DNA of 37,544 nucleotides. It comes from Sulfurimonas sp. (GTDB taxonomy: Bacteria > Campylobacterota > Campylobacteria > Campylobacterales > Sulfurimonadaceae). A program made the position numbers and the translations under genes. The stretch spans positions 1 to 37,544 of the forward strand of contig NZ_JAVVFL010000001.1 of the NCBI RefSeq assembly GCF_032250635.1, written 5' to 3'. Shown here piece by piece: positions 20,101 to 27,543 of the stretch (its first letter is position 1; every line of letters starts with the position of its first letter). Under the pieces are notes generated by a model. It had not been told where the DNA came from, ran no database searches, and was given only the letters and a program-made list of their open reading frames with translations.

Positions 20101-22918
20101 GTAGAGTGGTATCGCTTTTTGTCTCAGTTGGTAAAGTGCCTGCGTCCGTTTTTGTGTTTGCTGCGGGGTCTCTGTTGTATTTTCCATTTTCCTCTTCCTC
20201 TAAGTATGTGTCTAAAAGTCTTGCAAGAGCTGATGCTTCTTGCTCTTCAAGCTCGTTTAAATTCCAGTTAGCCTGTAGCTCGTTAAATCTTTTGATATCC
20301 TCTGCTAAGTGCGGACTGCCGGCTCTATGCAGCTGCTCCATAACTCTGTCGGAGAGTTCGCTATGCTTGCCATTTTTAGCATTAGTGATAGCGGTAATAA
20401 CATCTTCATATTTTACCACACTATTGACTATACCCTTCGCCCACTCAGGAACGATATACTCTGTGCTTGCAGTTGTATCAAAAAGAGCGTTTCTCGTACC
20501 CTCAAAAGCAAGTGAGTTTTGAGTGCCTTGCTTCGTTTTTGTGGCAGTAGACAAAATGCCGTACGCGCGCGCATACTCATCTTGTACAAAATTGTCATAC
20601 TGTGATGCTGCATATTCAGGAGAATTATCAAGCACTCCCAAGTCTGCTTTGAGTTTAGCAAGCAACTCTGTGTCTATCTCCCCTTTTCCAAGTCTTGTGA
20701 TATCACTCTTGGTAAGTAGAAAATCTGCTCTGTAGTTTCGCTCATACTGCGCCTTGTCATAAGTATTTTTATCAGTACCGCCATGCCCATCAAGTTCTCT
20801 TCCTGCACCAGCCTGTACAAGGTTGTTTACACTTGCCGCATCTTTGGCATAAATATCTTTGCGCATATCAAGAAGCGATTTATAACGAGGGTGATTTTGT
20901 AGCTCTGTAAATTCTGTATCTTGCGCCTCTTTTGTCTCCACGACATTGATGTCGTTAACATCCGCTTTCGCCTCCGGCTCAGGCTCTCCGATAACAGGCT
21001 TTTCGATTACGGGTGCGGGAGTTGATGTTGCTGTTTCATTCACACTTGCACTCAAATCCTCAAGTTCAAACTTCTCATCTTGCGTAAGTTCATCATCCGT
21101 TTTTTCTTGCAACTCTTGAAGTCGTGCCGTATCTACCGTTGGTGCATCCGCAAACCCTTTAGGCTTCAACTCCTCATCCACTTGTAAAGGATTACTTGAC
21201 AACTCGGCTCTAAGCTCATTCCAGCCTGTATCTATTGCGTTGAGTCCGTTATTGTCACTCACGTTTAAGCCATTGGCTTTAGCATCTGCTACTATCTGCT
21301 CTTGCATCTCAACACTATCAACAGCTTCAACAGGCACGACTTGCTCAGGATGATTGATGACTAAATTTTGAAACTCATCTTGAATAGTTTTTACTTTACC
21401 ACGCAGATCGTTTGAAAAGTTTATATACCCTGCATCGTCAACGGTAGTAACTAGCCCACTGCCCAATACCTGCTTATTATAAGCATCTTGCACATACGCC
21501 TCACGCGCTTTTTCTTGCTTCGCCTGCGATAGAGTGTTAAATATTTCTGTTCCTGTAGCGGTTGCGCCACTTATTCCGGCACCGGCACCAGAGCCTGCCA
21601 CAAATCCGGCAAGAGCATCGTCCGCGTACTCTGCTGGACTGCTTAGTCCTTTTTCCGTACCTACCTCTTCGCCAAACTTCTCTATAGGATTTTGTAGAGA
21701 TTCAGTAGTTCCCTCTACTACAAATCCTTTTTGCATTTGTTTACCTACGGTAGTTATTGCGTCTTTGAGCGAACCATCAAGCGCATCTTTTCCTACACTC
21801 TTGACAACATCTTCCGTTGTTGCCTTAAGACCAAGCCTATCAAGGATTATACTTCCCATGGTTGTTGGTGCAGTCATAAGGTAATCGTTTGCCGTTGGCT
21901 CTTTGCGGTTGTTATTTTCTGCTCTGTGCTCTGCACTCTCTTGTTGTCTCGCTGCATAGTAAAGAGGCATTGCCGCTACCATCTCTGCCATATCAGGAGC
22001 GCTTACCACACCCTCGCTTCCAATATAGTTGCCTAGCTCTTGCCAAGCATCTACATCAAACACTCCGCCGCTGCTAAATCCTTTTTTTACCTCTTCCCAG
22101 CTATGTGTAGGCTTTTGAACTATGGATCCATCGTGTAGTTCCATCTTGTTTTTTTCATACACGAAATCATTAAGCTTATCACTTGCATTTTTAAACCAAT
22201 CCGCGCGCTTTTTATTTTGTGCATCCAGCGCCTCAGTGGTTATGCCGAGGTACTCCATGGGTGTCTTTATATTTCCAAGTAGATTGTATGTGCCTTGAAT
22301 CGCATTTGCAGTAAGCTCGTTCACGCGGTTTACGACTCTTTTGCCAAGCTCCCATTCGCTAGCTTCTGGATTGACATAGTCTTGATTTTCGCCCATAGAG
22401 ATAGTTCTTTTGTTTGCCTCTATGGTTTGGGCATCTTGCTCAGCAGGCGAAATCATTCTTGCAGGTGTGTCGTTAAATATTTCAACAGCAGTTCGCATTG
22501 CAGGCTTAAACTCTCTCGTAGCGGTTACATCATCAGTTTGCACGATATCTGATGTGAGAGCATCTATCATAAAAGGCTTTTCAGCAGTAGCGGCTTTTGT
22601 CTGTATCGGGAGAGAACCGTCTCTGTTTGGTGCAACTGCATTATGTAGGGCAGGGTCGGTTACATCAGTATCCTCTTTGTATACAGGAGCAAACGCGCGC
22701 TCTATTGCAGATACTCCTTTGTCAAGGGTGTCGCTAACATCAAAGTCAAGCTGTGCATTTACAAAGTTCTCTTTAATGCGTGTCTGCTCTTGAGCATCAA
22801 GCGCTAAAAACTCAGCATCTGCCATTTCTGTATCGAAGTAGTTTGTAGTAATTGTCTGTTTTTTGGAGAGGTCAAGCGATTGAAAATCTTTATCAGAGAA
22901 GATGTCTATCTGTTTCAA
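11153..22918 (-). CDS. giant polyvalent virion/ejection protein: N6-adenine MTase + SNF2-like helicase (DarB-like) + HExxH zincin-like motif + LPD38-like C-terminus
   Basis: 3921 aa. MTase motifs ILEPAVGSGNF (~18950-18980) and IVSNVPF (~18790); helicase motifs APGGGKT (~17000), DEVQ (~16490), LTGTP and EQRSNRGVRQGN; HEMAH (~14180); KIPRPYDIG and NKNWTGGDIVP near the end; Gly/Ala-rich hydrophobic segment near the N-terminus. Confidence 0.88.
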   Translation of the reverse strand: MKQIDIFSDKDFQSLDLSKKQTITTNYFDTEMADAEFLALDAQEQTRIKENFVNAQLDFDVSDTLDKGVSAIERAFAPVYKEDTDVTDPALHNAVAPNRDGSLPIQTKAATAEKPFMIDALTSDIVQTDDVTATREFKPAMRTAVEIFNDTPARMISPAEQDAQTIEANKRTISMGENQDYVNPEASEWELGKRVVNRVNELTANAIQGTYNLLGNIKTPMEYLGITTEALDAQNKKRADWFKNASDKLNDFVYEKNKMELHDGSIVQKPTHSWEEVKKGFSSGGVFDVDAWQELGNYIGSEGVVSAPDMAEMVAAMPLYYAARQQESAEHRAENNNRKEPTANDYLMTAPTTMGSIILDRLGLKATTEDVVKSVGKDALDGSLKDAITTVGKQMQKGFVVEGTTESLQNPIEKFGEEVGTEKGLSSPAEYADDALAGFVAGSGAGAGISGATATGTEIFNTLSQAKQEKAREAYVQDAYNKQVLGSGLVTTVDDAGYINFSNDLRGKVKTIQDEFQNLVINHPEQVVPVEAVDSVEMQEQIVADAKANGLNVSDNNGLNAIDTGWNELRAELSSNPLQVDEELKPKGFADAPTVDTARLQELQEKTDDELTQDEKFELEDLSASVNETATSTPAPVIEKPVIGEPEPEAKADVNDINVVETKEAQDTEFTELQNHPRYKSLLDMRKDIYAKDAASVNNLVQAGAGRELDGHGGTDKNTYDKAQYERNYRADFLLTKSDITRLGKGEIDTELLAKLKADLGVLDNSPEYAASQYDNFVQDEYARAYGILSTATKTKQGTQNSLAFEGTRNALFDTTASTEYIVPEWAKGIVNSVVKYEDVITAITNAKNGKHSELSDRVMEQLHRAGSPHLAEDIKRFNELQANWNLNELEEQEASALARLLDTYLEEEENGKYNRDPAANTKTDAGTLPTETKSDTTLQEPTSKGTYAGESKGANDRGVSGSSDAKIIFDTTKVYTTKGIMNEIPSREVSKKLQKDVAKYVQQLQKALGGWEVAVDKKGKPLSYMGVSNNLAPAGGSVSFKLYKPNSDIGVYVSLGYDLIEDGIHDAYTMGDDMRLTDGQLYRTTNKATKKDGSNRWIKNSKLTSSEFVRDIMDIVEREENRGNENRGNDAGSQTVERTNNTAGVPTSKQNTLDTKTNQGSDKSVSEGDRRPDGLGTNGSTQDEVSNGYGGVDGYKTDGGNKQPKQQTTDANRVLPRSDEPNSTESYSLEGRTPVELTKGQRKKFNDATLEIIKKPLEEITEADREILRHYTGEGGLGEANENSVNQHYTNYATVQSIYKALADADVPMDKILEPAVGSGNFVGFMPNASWDVVDIDTTNIEITKRLYPQIKNFFADTYETFEGKNYDLIVSNVPFASTEMLMREHAMTIKPAFKAIHNFYFAHSMDKVKENGVIAFMTSTGTMDGTTTARHLRKYLMDRGDIIGAFRLPEKSQAKNAHTDTMIDIIFIQKRPEGVKSRQEDVNNQFVNIGNKDGFAMNEYLLQHPENLLGDEVVVANDKTKMGKEGWIVRGEPKFENIKISYEPYKIAKKTQDEQHSFKNVEEATEYAAQNKIPMKLVSEAKPHSEFADGKMVYYAQELSFSDTSKKAMFGEVLKGDNAQKALLLEKIKMLTEDGLRLEDKTMINTALAEIQNYKQRFEKSPHNDLALKKFMKEHRSDIALKESMSYFDKDFTPAPIYGEQTRFKDSGVLEVDANSPLIERALFYSTGDTAIDTSKEYDYLSKEDMQELVKNRSYVRSGVNEIQLDFMYYSGNVYAKLDSVEGLRKYHGLSIDEYNEQYIKLKAIVPEQIPFKNITVKGGESWLPNAVRDAISTEKSGELFVRSDVFDGDGMKAELYNRYLNKKALAPKGKDESDQENIQRTMEATKLLSEVLVPQVMQYIEKQGLAEILTDEYNRYSNFYVRPEMTGVLLRELPKTFRDKSFAMQSHQLQGAEKLVFNKKGVLAFAPGGGKTITAIVAVMNLIGQGVMKKPLFVVPVNTIAQWENSVKELYPHAAVFEFPKVKSGVNKGNAKEWTQLSREEKEQMAFDLANNRYDFTIIGDTMFQKFGLPSDVMSEYVDDLVEQIQAIEEVEAGDTKSKKKGVSAEAKKRALKNGLKQAYGSDVEFDFAKMGFDGLIADEVQYYKNIGLGGKDIKGGLGASVVMSYSDKNGKALTAKDILEGAEPHSATLGSMRSYDFRFKSKYVSQNNNGNNVILLTGTPTPNKPLELYTLLQHLDESILYEYGIVSSRDFVDTFYDIEELETTDSAGKIVKREALASMKNLDWMGKILDRFVDYKGFKDMPELPRPKQVDVQHYLKLSSAGEKIFQDVQHRILAAMEDAKKIKSGLLDSSEVEIALVAMGAGRSASIDLRLYDVGTKGKSQFTPDDLFDVIDNDIATSENNKILKTIELITNQYKENSNSGQIIFLDRLSVKNSDGSVTSTHAETREKILATGLFDEKEVVFVNGAAFVNPTTGKVSKSSIKPDMLNKIMDMYNNGDIKVIIGNTSKLGVGVDLNRKTTDIYQLDIPFRPDEIEQRSNRGVRQGNENTEVRVHQFFQLGTFDKRSYDIVMKKRGFNDMYKFSENEDLVVVDGVSIIDNSNTTDPYQAVIDLERDPFERERLRKQRVIENAVVDANNLKNIITKLDADIKTKQGSIKNYSDAIKGADENLMPQNFPKYEGIKDEAEKKEKLDKHIQGLVERKAKYENTIQGIEVEIAEIEAKANERKEQKASHEAETKFITDEFTNDGKNVSIDKIKTAYTLEQILKSEGKSAAEIESYLADREPETISYSKKPTPKEQKQIEETNFYARANGYDEAGINYVPNYSVSGIPSRPLSDTITLNKREVKLPAADKPINADSLRIYVSDIIGNRLYDGKIKGKSALGIYKRKDSSIRLKNYSDVEIMAHEMAHYLDFFHNNKSKDAKDSFFRSIILKNKEEVKALSYTTDPKKVINEGFAEFVRLWLTNYNTLTLVAPNMVKDFEARLAKDKNLQAKMEMLQIGMHQFYYQGAAATLRSKQGGELNSTAKKIQRSQAEISKDIRQAAIDKVHSIKRIEAAIRGDVATDAIESPYKILQLAEHASSLMHTAMHFGVPSVKANGDITYSGKALNDIFAPATKVSEERVRLLSDYLVAMRASELKGQGRENLITEQEIDAGLLLAQKYPEFETIFNEYQEFNDAMLDFYVGMNLITPEQKANFQEMNKNYVPFHRVTESVQNGAVPPAKIGQRLTGGTHSLGNIMENIIGGIESNIKQALISRGKSVFFKMLDDSDMGGVFATKVSAENKLVKSDIAQQAKKVAQLMAQLGITVAKDGMILSGDINADIIIDVNEIEQNLIDNPSALEFWTHGHKPTSQTGYIETVIINGKKIYFEVHDAALVDSLTSFGSANYNELVQYLMSAKNVMTWNITNNPLFYGTNFVRDTVSASVLSKNKFIPVVTSVRGMYHFVMKTDVYKNFMASGGGYGTRRTTLGGDVDAMGMLEVNRGFEVINKLLSAMAYGADTFEYGTRIGEFLLATNSGKSNMQAAFEGNEVSTDFTIKGSNRTWTGFLATVPFMKAGINGMDKTARRIFSLNGEMKLSNAVKFKNQLGELQAHKLRLYAAGGLISVITLALWSANRDDERYKKLTRDSKLMYWHFFIGDQHIKIPRPYDIGFAFATMPEIVADGIYTKHGKEAAADFVWGIKTMFSIGDVSGLFQPILEDMTNKNWTGGDIVPSYLENIDDKSDQYMNFTPLLYKKAGELTGASPILMQHYIDGYLGLTAKMVEETTENMLWNEKDWGARPFARNALEFLTYRFRGKEVETRTAYSEKYYELMRKAGGVKASFEAKKKKAFIDGGKNITEYMSADEKKAYVQVSRLMARYASKLTNIKNRVEHITYDKKLSKAEKEKRINAAYEKRTEIFKGVSETLEKELKKFEGK
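19228..19545 (-). CDS. putative nested (+1 frame) 105-aa helical protein inside the giant gene
   Basis: AGGAG 10 nt before ATG 19545; MRTEEMTQAVKLLSEQIIQLEYQLQ...YYQDLMNQIALRAIH; co-extensive with a low-complexity linker of the main frame. Confidence 0.6.
   Translation of the reverse strand: MRTEEMTQAVKLLSEQIIQLEYQLQNKTHLTQKQIKEVTSQYQRAIDDLTDLVRMEALKMKYPMDMAEWTDTKPMAEINNLSNRQLMQTEYYQDLMNQIALRAIH
20014..20187 (-). CDS. putative nested (+1 frame) 57-aa protein inside the giant gene
   Basis: Not in the ORF track. GAGGAAGAGGAAA-ATG start; MENTTETPQQTQKRTQALYQLRQKAIPLYKSLLAKGHTQEKARELTIEVYPEAAMLK*. Confidence 0.55.
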   Translation of the reverse strand: MENTTETPQQTQKRTQALYQLRQKAIPLYKSLLAKGHTQEKARELTIEVYPEAAMLK

Positions 22919-22949
22919 TGGGAAGCCTTTATTGTTTTTATAAAGGCTT

Positions 22950-22984
22950 ATGTTAGCAAATAAAAAATGCTTAAGTGGGTTGTT
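22950..22984 (-). promoter_or_regulatory. phage late promoter, copy 1 (upstream of the giant gene)
   Basis: AACAACCCACTTAAGC-N13(T-rich)-TAACAT on the minus strand; the 16-mer is identical to copy 2. Confidence 0.7.
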
Positions 22985-22996
22985 AAAACATCATAC

Positions 22997-23920
22997 TTAT
23001 TTTTCGTAATCTTTCCAACTTTTCGCAGTCTTAGGCGCATCGCTTTCTTTTCTTTTTGCGTAGGCATCTTTAGTCTGTTTTCGTATAGACGCCAAGTCTT
23101 TAACGCCATTGTTTAAAAGGCTTGTTCCGTTCTCCAGAGCAAAGGCTGCTTCCTCTTTGCGCTCTGGGTCGATAGTAAACTGCCCTGTAACTTCATCATA
23201 CTCGCCGTACTCTTTGCCTATTGAGTTTTGCAGATCAAGGAGGTCTTTATTTAGTTTTCCTCCATTTGCACTTTCTGCTTTATAGAGCGCTGTTGCATGT
23301 TTGACATCTTTCTCTTTCGCCGCTAAGCTTGCCGCCGTTGTGTCTTTGTCTGTGAAGTATTTATCAAGCTCCATTATCGTCTTGCCATCTGCCATCTTGA
23401 TAAGCTGCTCGTTCTCTTTTGCAAAAGTATTAAAATCTTTATACTCTTTGCCAACTGCAACATTTTTAGCCTCATCGTTAAACTTACCTTGGAAGTGTGT
23501 ATCTGCGGCTTTAACTGCATCATCAGATATATTGCCATAGCCATTCCCAGTACGGTAGTTGTCTTTAAATAGCTTTAGATTTTCAGCACCGTCTACGCTT
23601 CTGTATGAGTTACTAAACGCATCATCGAGCTTCTTTGTCTCTCTCGTCTGTTTTGTCTCATCTATTGTATCAAGTGCTGCTATATTTTGTGTACCGTAGA
23701 GTTCTGTTTTTGCGGCTTCAGTTTTAAGCCTTGCTTCATCAGCAGCCATCTGTGACTTTTGCGCGTTGATGGTTGCATCTCTCTTCTCTCTATCGTCCAT
23801 GTTTTTGCCAATACTCACAAAGGCATCGCCAAAAGCTTTCGCGCCAAGTCCGGCATCACTTCCGACACCGCTCATATTCACACCCGCTGCATTACCCCGA
23901 AAACTGTCATACCATCCCAT
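22997..23920 (-). CDS. putative internal virion/ejection protein
   Basis: Gly/Ala-rich N-terminus followed by charged helical sequence; lies between the portal and the giant protein. Confidence 0.55.
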   Translation of the reverse strand: MGWYDSFRGNAAGVNMSGVGSDAGLGAKAFGDAFVSIGKNMDDREKRDATINAQKSQMAADEARLKTEAAKTELYGTQNIAALDTIDETKQTRETKKLDDAFSNSYRSVDGAENLKLFKDNYRTGNGYGNISDDAVKAADTHFQGKFNDEAKNVAVGKEYKDFNTFAKENEQLIKMADGKTIMELDKYFTDKDTTAASLAAKEKDVKHATALYKAESANGGKLNKDLLDLQNSIGKEYGEYDEVTGQFTIDPERKEEAAFALENGTSLLNNGVKDLASIRKQTKDAYAKRKESDAPKTAKSWKDYEK

Positions 23921-25791
23921 TATCCTATCCTCCTCATTGCATCAAGCTGGTTTTTGTCATGCTTTGCTTTTACTGTCTCTTTTTGAACGAGAGAATTACT
24001 AAAAGCTTTTTGTAAATCTATCTGGTTTCTGTCAAGCATCGCTTTTGCTTTTGTGTTGTTCAGATTTGCTTGTGACTGTTTTACCATCATATTAAGCTTT
24101 TCATTTTCCGCTTGAAGCTGTGCGTTTTGCTGCGCCTGTGGAGAGTTTTGAGACTGCGTGTCTCTCTGCTCGATTATCTCTCTTATCTTCTTTGCAGATG
24201 GAGAGTCGCTATCTTTTAGTATATCTGGTATGAGATACTTTACAAGCTCAGGGTCGGTACTTTGTAGCACTTTGAGAAGCTCTACATTTTGGCGTAAACG
24301 CTCACTGCTCATAGAGTTTGACTTTGGCTTTGCTGTAAAAATCAAGTCATATTTACCCACGCTAATAGCATTTGAGACTATAGGTTTTACTTTTCCATCC
24401 GCCAACACTTCAAGCTCTACACCGCCGTTGTCGTTTAAAATCGCTTCATTCATTGTGATGTAGTCTTGTATATAATCTTCATCGACTATGCTTACGACTC
24501 TTTGCGTATCATAATACTGCTCTATAAATTTAACGCTCTTTTTAATGATCTTCTTTTGCAGGTTATCACTAGAATTCATAAAGCGGCTAAGCCCGACAAG
24601 CCCTGTTTGGACTCTCTGCTCTTGCCCGACTGCACTCATGCGATTGTTTGCGGTTCCGAGCATCTCTTTGTTTGAGTTGAGAAGTTCGCTTATCTGCTGT
24701 CGTCCATCAATGATGATGCCTAGTATCTGCTGTATCTGTACATTTTGCTTAATATCTTTTACACCATTAATATCTTCAACCATAACTGTAGCATTGTCAA
24801 GACTATACTCAGAGTTAAACGCTTCCATGTCTCCATCTATCAGCGCTCCACGGTTTATGAGCGTCTTGTTGTTTGCCATCATATTTTGCAAGCGTAACTT
24901 TGCATAGTTTATGTGGTCTTGTATAGGCATGATGTCTCTGTACAATCCCCAGTATTTTATTTTGCCTAAGAAATCACGGCTTAAAAACTCCACTTCATAA
25001 GGAAATCCATCAAAATCATAAGGAGACTCTCCTTGTAAAAGTATCGTTACATCGCTCCAAAAACAGTAGTAGAACTTATCTTTTTTTGTAGCCTCGTCAT
25101 ATTTTCTATACCAAGTGTAACTAAGCAGAACTCTTTTGCGTATCGTCTCATCTGCCCACATGTCATCTTCTACTATGTCCGCAACATAGTTTATGTTTGT
25201 GACCTCATTTATCTTCTTCTCATCGAACCCAAGCCCGAGCAAATCCTCTGTATCTATCCAAAAACATCTATGAATATAGCGCGCATCATGATTGTAGTTT
25301 TTCGCGCGGGAAAATGGGTCAAGATAACATTCGTTTGATGGCACTTGCTTTATCTCTATATCTTTATGCTCACGCCCAAACTCATCAAATTCTCCGCTTG
25401 CATTTATGGTAAGCTCTGCAATGGCTACGCCCTCAAGACTTAGCTCATCATCAAGCGCATCTATCTCTACCTCATAGTCGCTCACTTGAGTAATTGCTTT
25501 GAGCAGCGCATTGAGCATCTCTGCCCCGACTCTATCTCTTTGCTGTCGTCCAAAGAGACGAATATCTATTTGCCTCTCTTTTTTAAATCCAAGTATTGCG
25601 TTGTTGTGTTTTGCAATATTATTTTCGTACTGCTCAGGCTGTCCGCGATTTGCGAGTATCTGCTTGATGGTTCTATCAAGTTGATCGCCATTGTAGTACT
25701 CTCTTACTTTTTTACTAAACTCTTTTGTTTTTTTAAAATGGCGCGAGGATTCCTTTAGCCATTCGGTAAGTATAAAAGTATCTTTAAACAT
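23920..25791 (-). CDS. portal protein (P22/N4-like podovirus type)
   Basis: 623 aa; YYNGDQL...RGQP...NNIAKHNNAILG, YLDPFSR, GKYDL and a Gln-rich C-terminal barrel-like coil. Confidence 0.85.
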   Translation of the reverse strand: MFKDTFILTEWLKESSRHFKKTKEFSKKVREYYNGDQLDRTIKQILANRGQPEQYENNIAKHNNAILGFKKERQIDIRLFGRQQRDRVGAEMLNALLKAITQVSDYEVEIDALDDELSLEGVAIAELTINASGEFDEFGREHKDIEIKQVPSNECYLDPFSRAKNYNHDARYIHRCFWIDTEDLLGLGFDEKKINEVTNINYVADIVEDDMWADETIRKRVLLSYTWYRKYDEATKKDKFYYCFWSDVTILLQGESPYDFDGFPYEVEFLSRDFLGKIKYWGLYRDIMPIQDHINYAKLRLQNMMANNKTLINRGALIDGDMEAFNSEYSLDNATVMVEDINGVKDIKQNVQIQQILGIIIDGRQQISELLNSNKEMLGTANNRMSAVGQEQRVQTGLVGLSRFMNSSDNLQKKIIKKSVKFIEQYYDTQRVVSIVDEDYIQDYITMNEAILNDNGGVELEVLADGKVKPIVSNAISVGKYDLIFTAKPKSNSMSSERLRQNVELLKVLQSTDPELVKYLIPDILKDSDSPSAKKIREIIEQRDTQSQNSPQAQQNAQLQAENEKLNMMVKQSQANLNNTKAKAMLDRNQIDLQKAFSNSLVQKETVKAKHDKNQLDAMRRIG

Positions 25792-25799
25792 GCTGCGAC

Positions 25800-26087
25800 C
25801 TACACTGCTGTTGCAGGTTCTACGGCATCAACTTCATAATCATAGTCGTAAGGGTTCTTTTTTTTCTTATTGTTCACATTAAAAATGCTATCACTAAAAG
25901 CATCATCAAGATTCGTTTGCGCTTTGTCTATCTTTGCATTGTAGGCATCATCTTTTTGCTTCTCGTAAGCAAGCTGCTCTTTTTTTATCTTGTTTGCTTC
26001 TTTACCTGTTTCGTACTGACCCCATGCACCAGCGAGCGCACCTAGCCCTTGTATTGTCATAGAAGTATCTCCACTGTTCCAGCTCAT
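25800..26087 (-). CDS. small putative ejection/pilot protein
   Basis: GLGALAGAWG hydrophobic stretch followed by a short coiled coil. Confidence 0.45.
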   Translation of the reverse strand: MSWNSGDTSMTIQGLGALAGAWGQYETGKEANKIKKEQLAYEKQKDDAYNAKIDKAQTNLDDAFSDSIFNVNNKKKKNPYDYDYEVDAVEPATAV

Positions 26088-26088
26088 G

Positions 26089-26676
26089 TTAAATCCTTTG
26101 ATAATTTGATGTTATATTTTTAGCTCTTATAGGCTGTAACACTTTGAGTTTCATCATCTCTTGCTCATAGAGCCTAAGGTAGTGTAGGCTCAAAACTCTT
26201 TCTTTAGAGTTTCTCGTAGGCTTCTCATGTATCTCACTTAAAAACAGAAGTCTCAATGCTTTGTATTGCGTGTTTGGAACTTCTATCTCACAATTCTCAG
26301 TTGCTAACTCTTTTGCATATTTATATACAATGGTCGCGCTCATGGCGTTTGTAGGCATAAAACCTAAAAGCATAATATTCTTATCAAACGTGTAGCTGTT
26401 CTCATTAGCTCTGACATAGAAAAACTCTAAAGTTGCAAAATCAAGAGAGCGGTTGTCTATGCTTAGTGCTACGTTCTTGATTGGAGTATAGTCAAGGTAG
26501 TATTCTTGCTTGCCATCTACTATAGCTATGCTTTGTTTAGCTATAAAACAAGGCAAATCAAACTGCAAAGAGACATAAGCCCTTTGCAGTTTTAAAAGAA
26601 GCTCCTCATCTTTCCAATGCTCAGACTTCTCTTGTAGGTCAGAGCGTGTTTGTAAGATAAAATCACTTGCTTTCAT
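26089..26676 (-). CDS. putative head-tail adaptor protein
   Basis: FILQTRSDLQE...WKDEELLLKLQRA and IVDGKQEYYL resemble podovirus adaptor proteins; located after the capsid genes. Confidence 0.6.
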   Translation of the reverse strand: MKASDFILQTRSDLQEKSEHWKDEELLLKLQRAYVSLQFDLPCFIAKQSIAIVDGKQEYYLDYTPIKNVALSIDNRSLDFATLEFFYVRANENSYTFDKNIMLLGFMPTNAMSATIVYKYAKELATENCEIEVPNTQYKALRLLFLSEIHEKPTRNSKERVLSLHYLRLYEQEMMKLKVLQPIRAKNITSNYQRI

Positions 26677-26682
26677 TTCTCT

Positions 26683-27135
26683 TTACTCGCTTTTTTCTTC
26701 TGTCTCATCCAAGACAACATCATCTAGGACAATCTCAAGAGATTCAGGTAAAACTTCAGGCATAGCGCCAAAAGCTTCATCAACCGCTGTATCTTTTGCT
26801 CCACAACACTCTGGAGTAGTAGCTAGCTCCAAAAGGAGTGCAGCATTTTCGCCATGAAGTCTTGCAACCTCCGCTTGAAGTGTTGTAACCTCTGCCTCAA
26901 GAGCCTCTATTTTAGCAGCTGTCTCAATATCTCCTTTTTTAAACTCAATCGTATCAACAGCAACAAACTCTCCGTAACCCTTAGATACAAGATTAAAAGC
27001 ATCTTTTTTAAGAACGATAACGATATCACCTTTTTTTAGAGTAGGCTTAGGGCGAGCTAAGGAGGTATTGAAATCCTTAGCCTTAGACCCAACATACTTG
27101 ATGGCACTATACGGTGCAAAATGTACTTTAGCCAT
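26683..27135 (-). CDS. phage hypothetical protein (coiled coil, acidic tail)
   Basis: 150-aa ORF tightly packed in the operon. Confidence 0.6.
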   Translation of the reverse strand: MAKVHFAPYSAIKYVGSKAKDFNTSLARPKPTLKKGDIVIVLKKDAFNLVSKGYGEFVAVDTIEFKKGDIETAAKIEALEAEVTTLQAEVARLHGENAALLLELATTPECCGAKDTAVDEAFGAMPEVLPESLEIVLDDVVLDETEEKSE

Positions 27136-27144
27136 AACCGCGAC

Positions 27145-27531
27145 CTAGTACTCTTGCTTTGATACAGGAAGTTTTGCATATTCCACTGTAACGGTTGCGC
27201 TACCGGTTGCACTTGCTGTGCCGATTATATCAACTACAATAGCCATAGACTGTGTAGCACTAAGCTGACGGTTGTTAAAGCCGATACCCTTGATCGCATT
27301 TGCAGTAGTAGCAGGGATGAAGCGAACTAAGTCGCCCTCAATACCTACACTGATAGTGTTGTCAACGTTTGCAAAAGCCTCATCAACAGTTACGTTTACG
27401 TTCACAATACGAAAGCCATCAGCAATTCCCATAAAATCTATGGTCTTGCCTACATCGGCACCTTTTACGACAAAAGTAACTGTACCGTTGTCTCTGATTT
27501 CACGATTTTTTCTACTTGAAATAATAGCCAT
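27145..27531 (-). CDS. putative capsid cement/decoration protein
   Basis: 128-aa beta-rich protein directly after the major capsid gene (VTVDEAF...ISVG...TGSATVTVEY). Confidence 0.6.
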   Translation of the reverse strand: MAIISSRKNREIRDNGTVTFVVKGADVGKTIDFMGIADGFRIVNVNVTVDEAFANVDNTISVGIEGDLVRFIPATTANAIKGIGFNNRQLSATQSMAIVVDIIGTASATGSATVTVEYAKLPVSKQEY

Positions 27532-27543
27532 AACTCATCTCCC

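Noticed and set aside
20428-20661. 77-aa alternative-frame ORF in the giant gene as a third nested gene
   Set aside because: It has no convincing RBS/ATG, its composition is not protein-like, and the main frame there is not a low-complexity linker.
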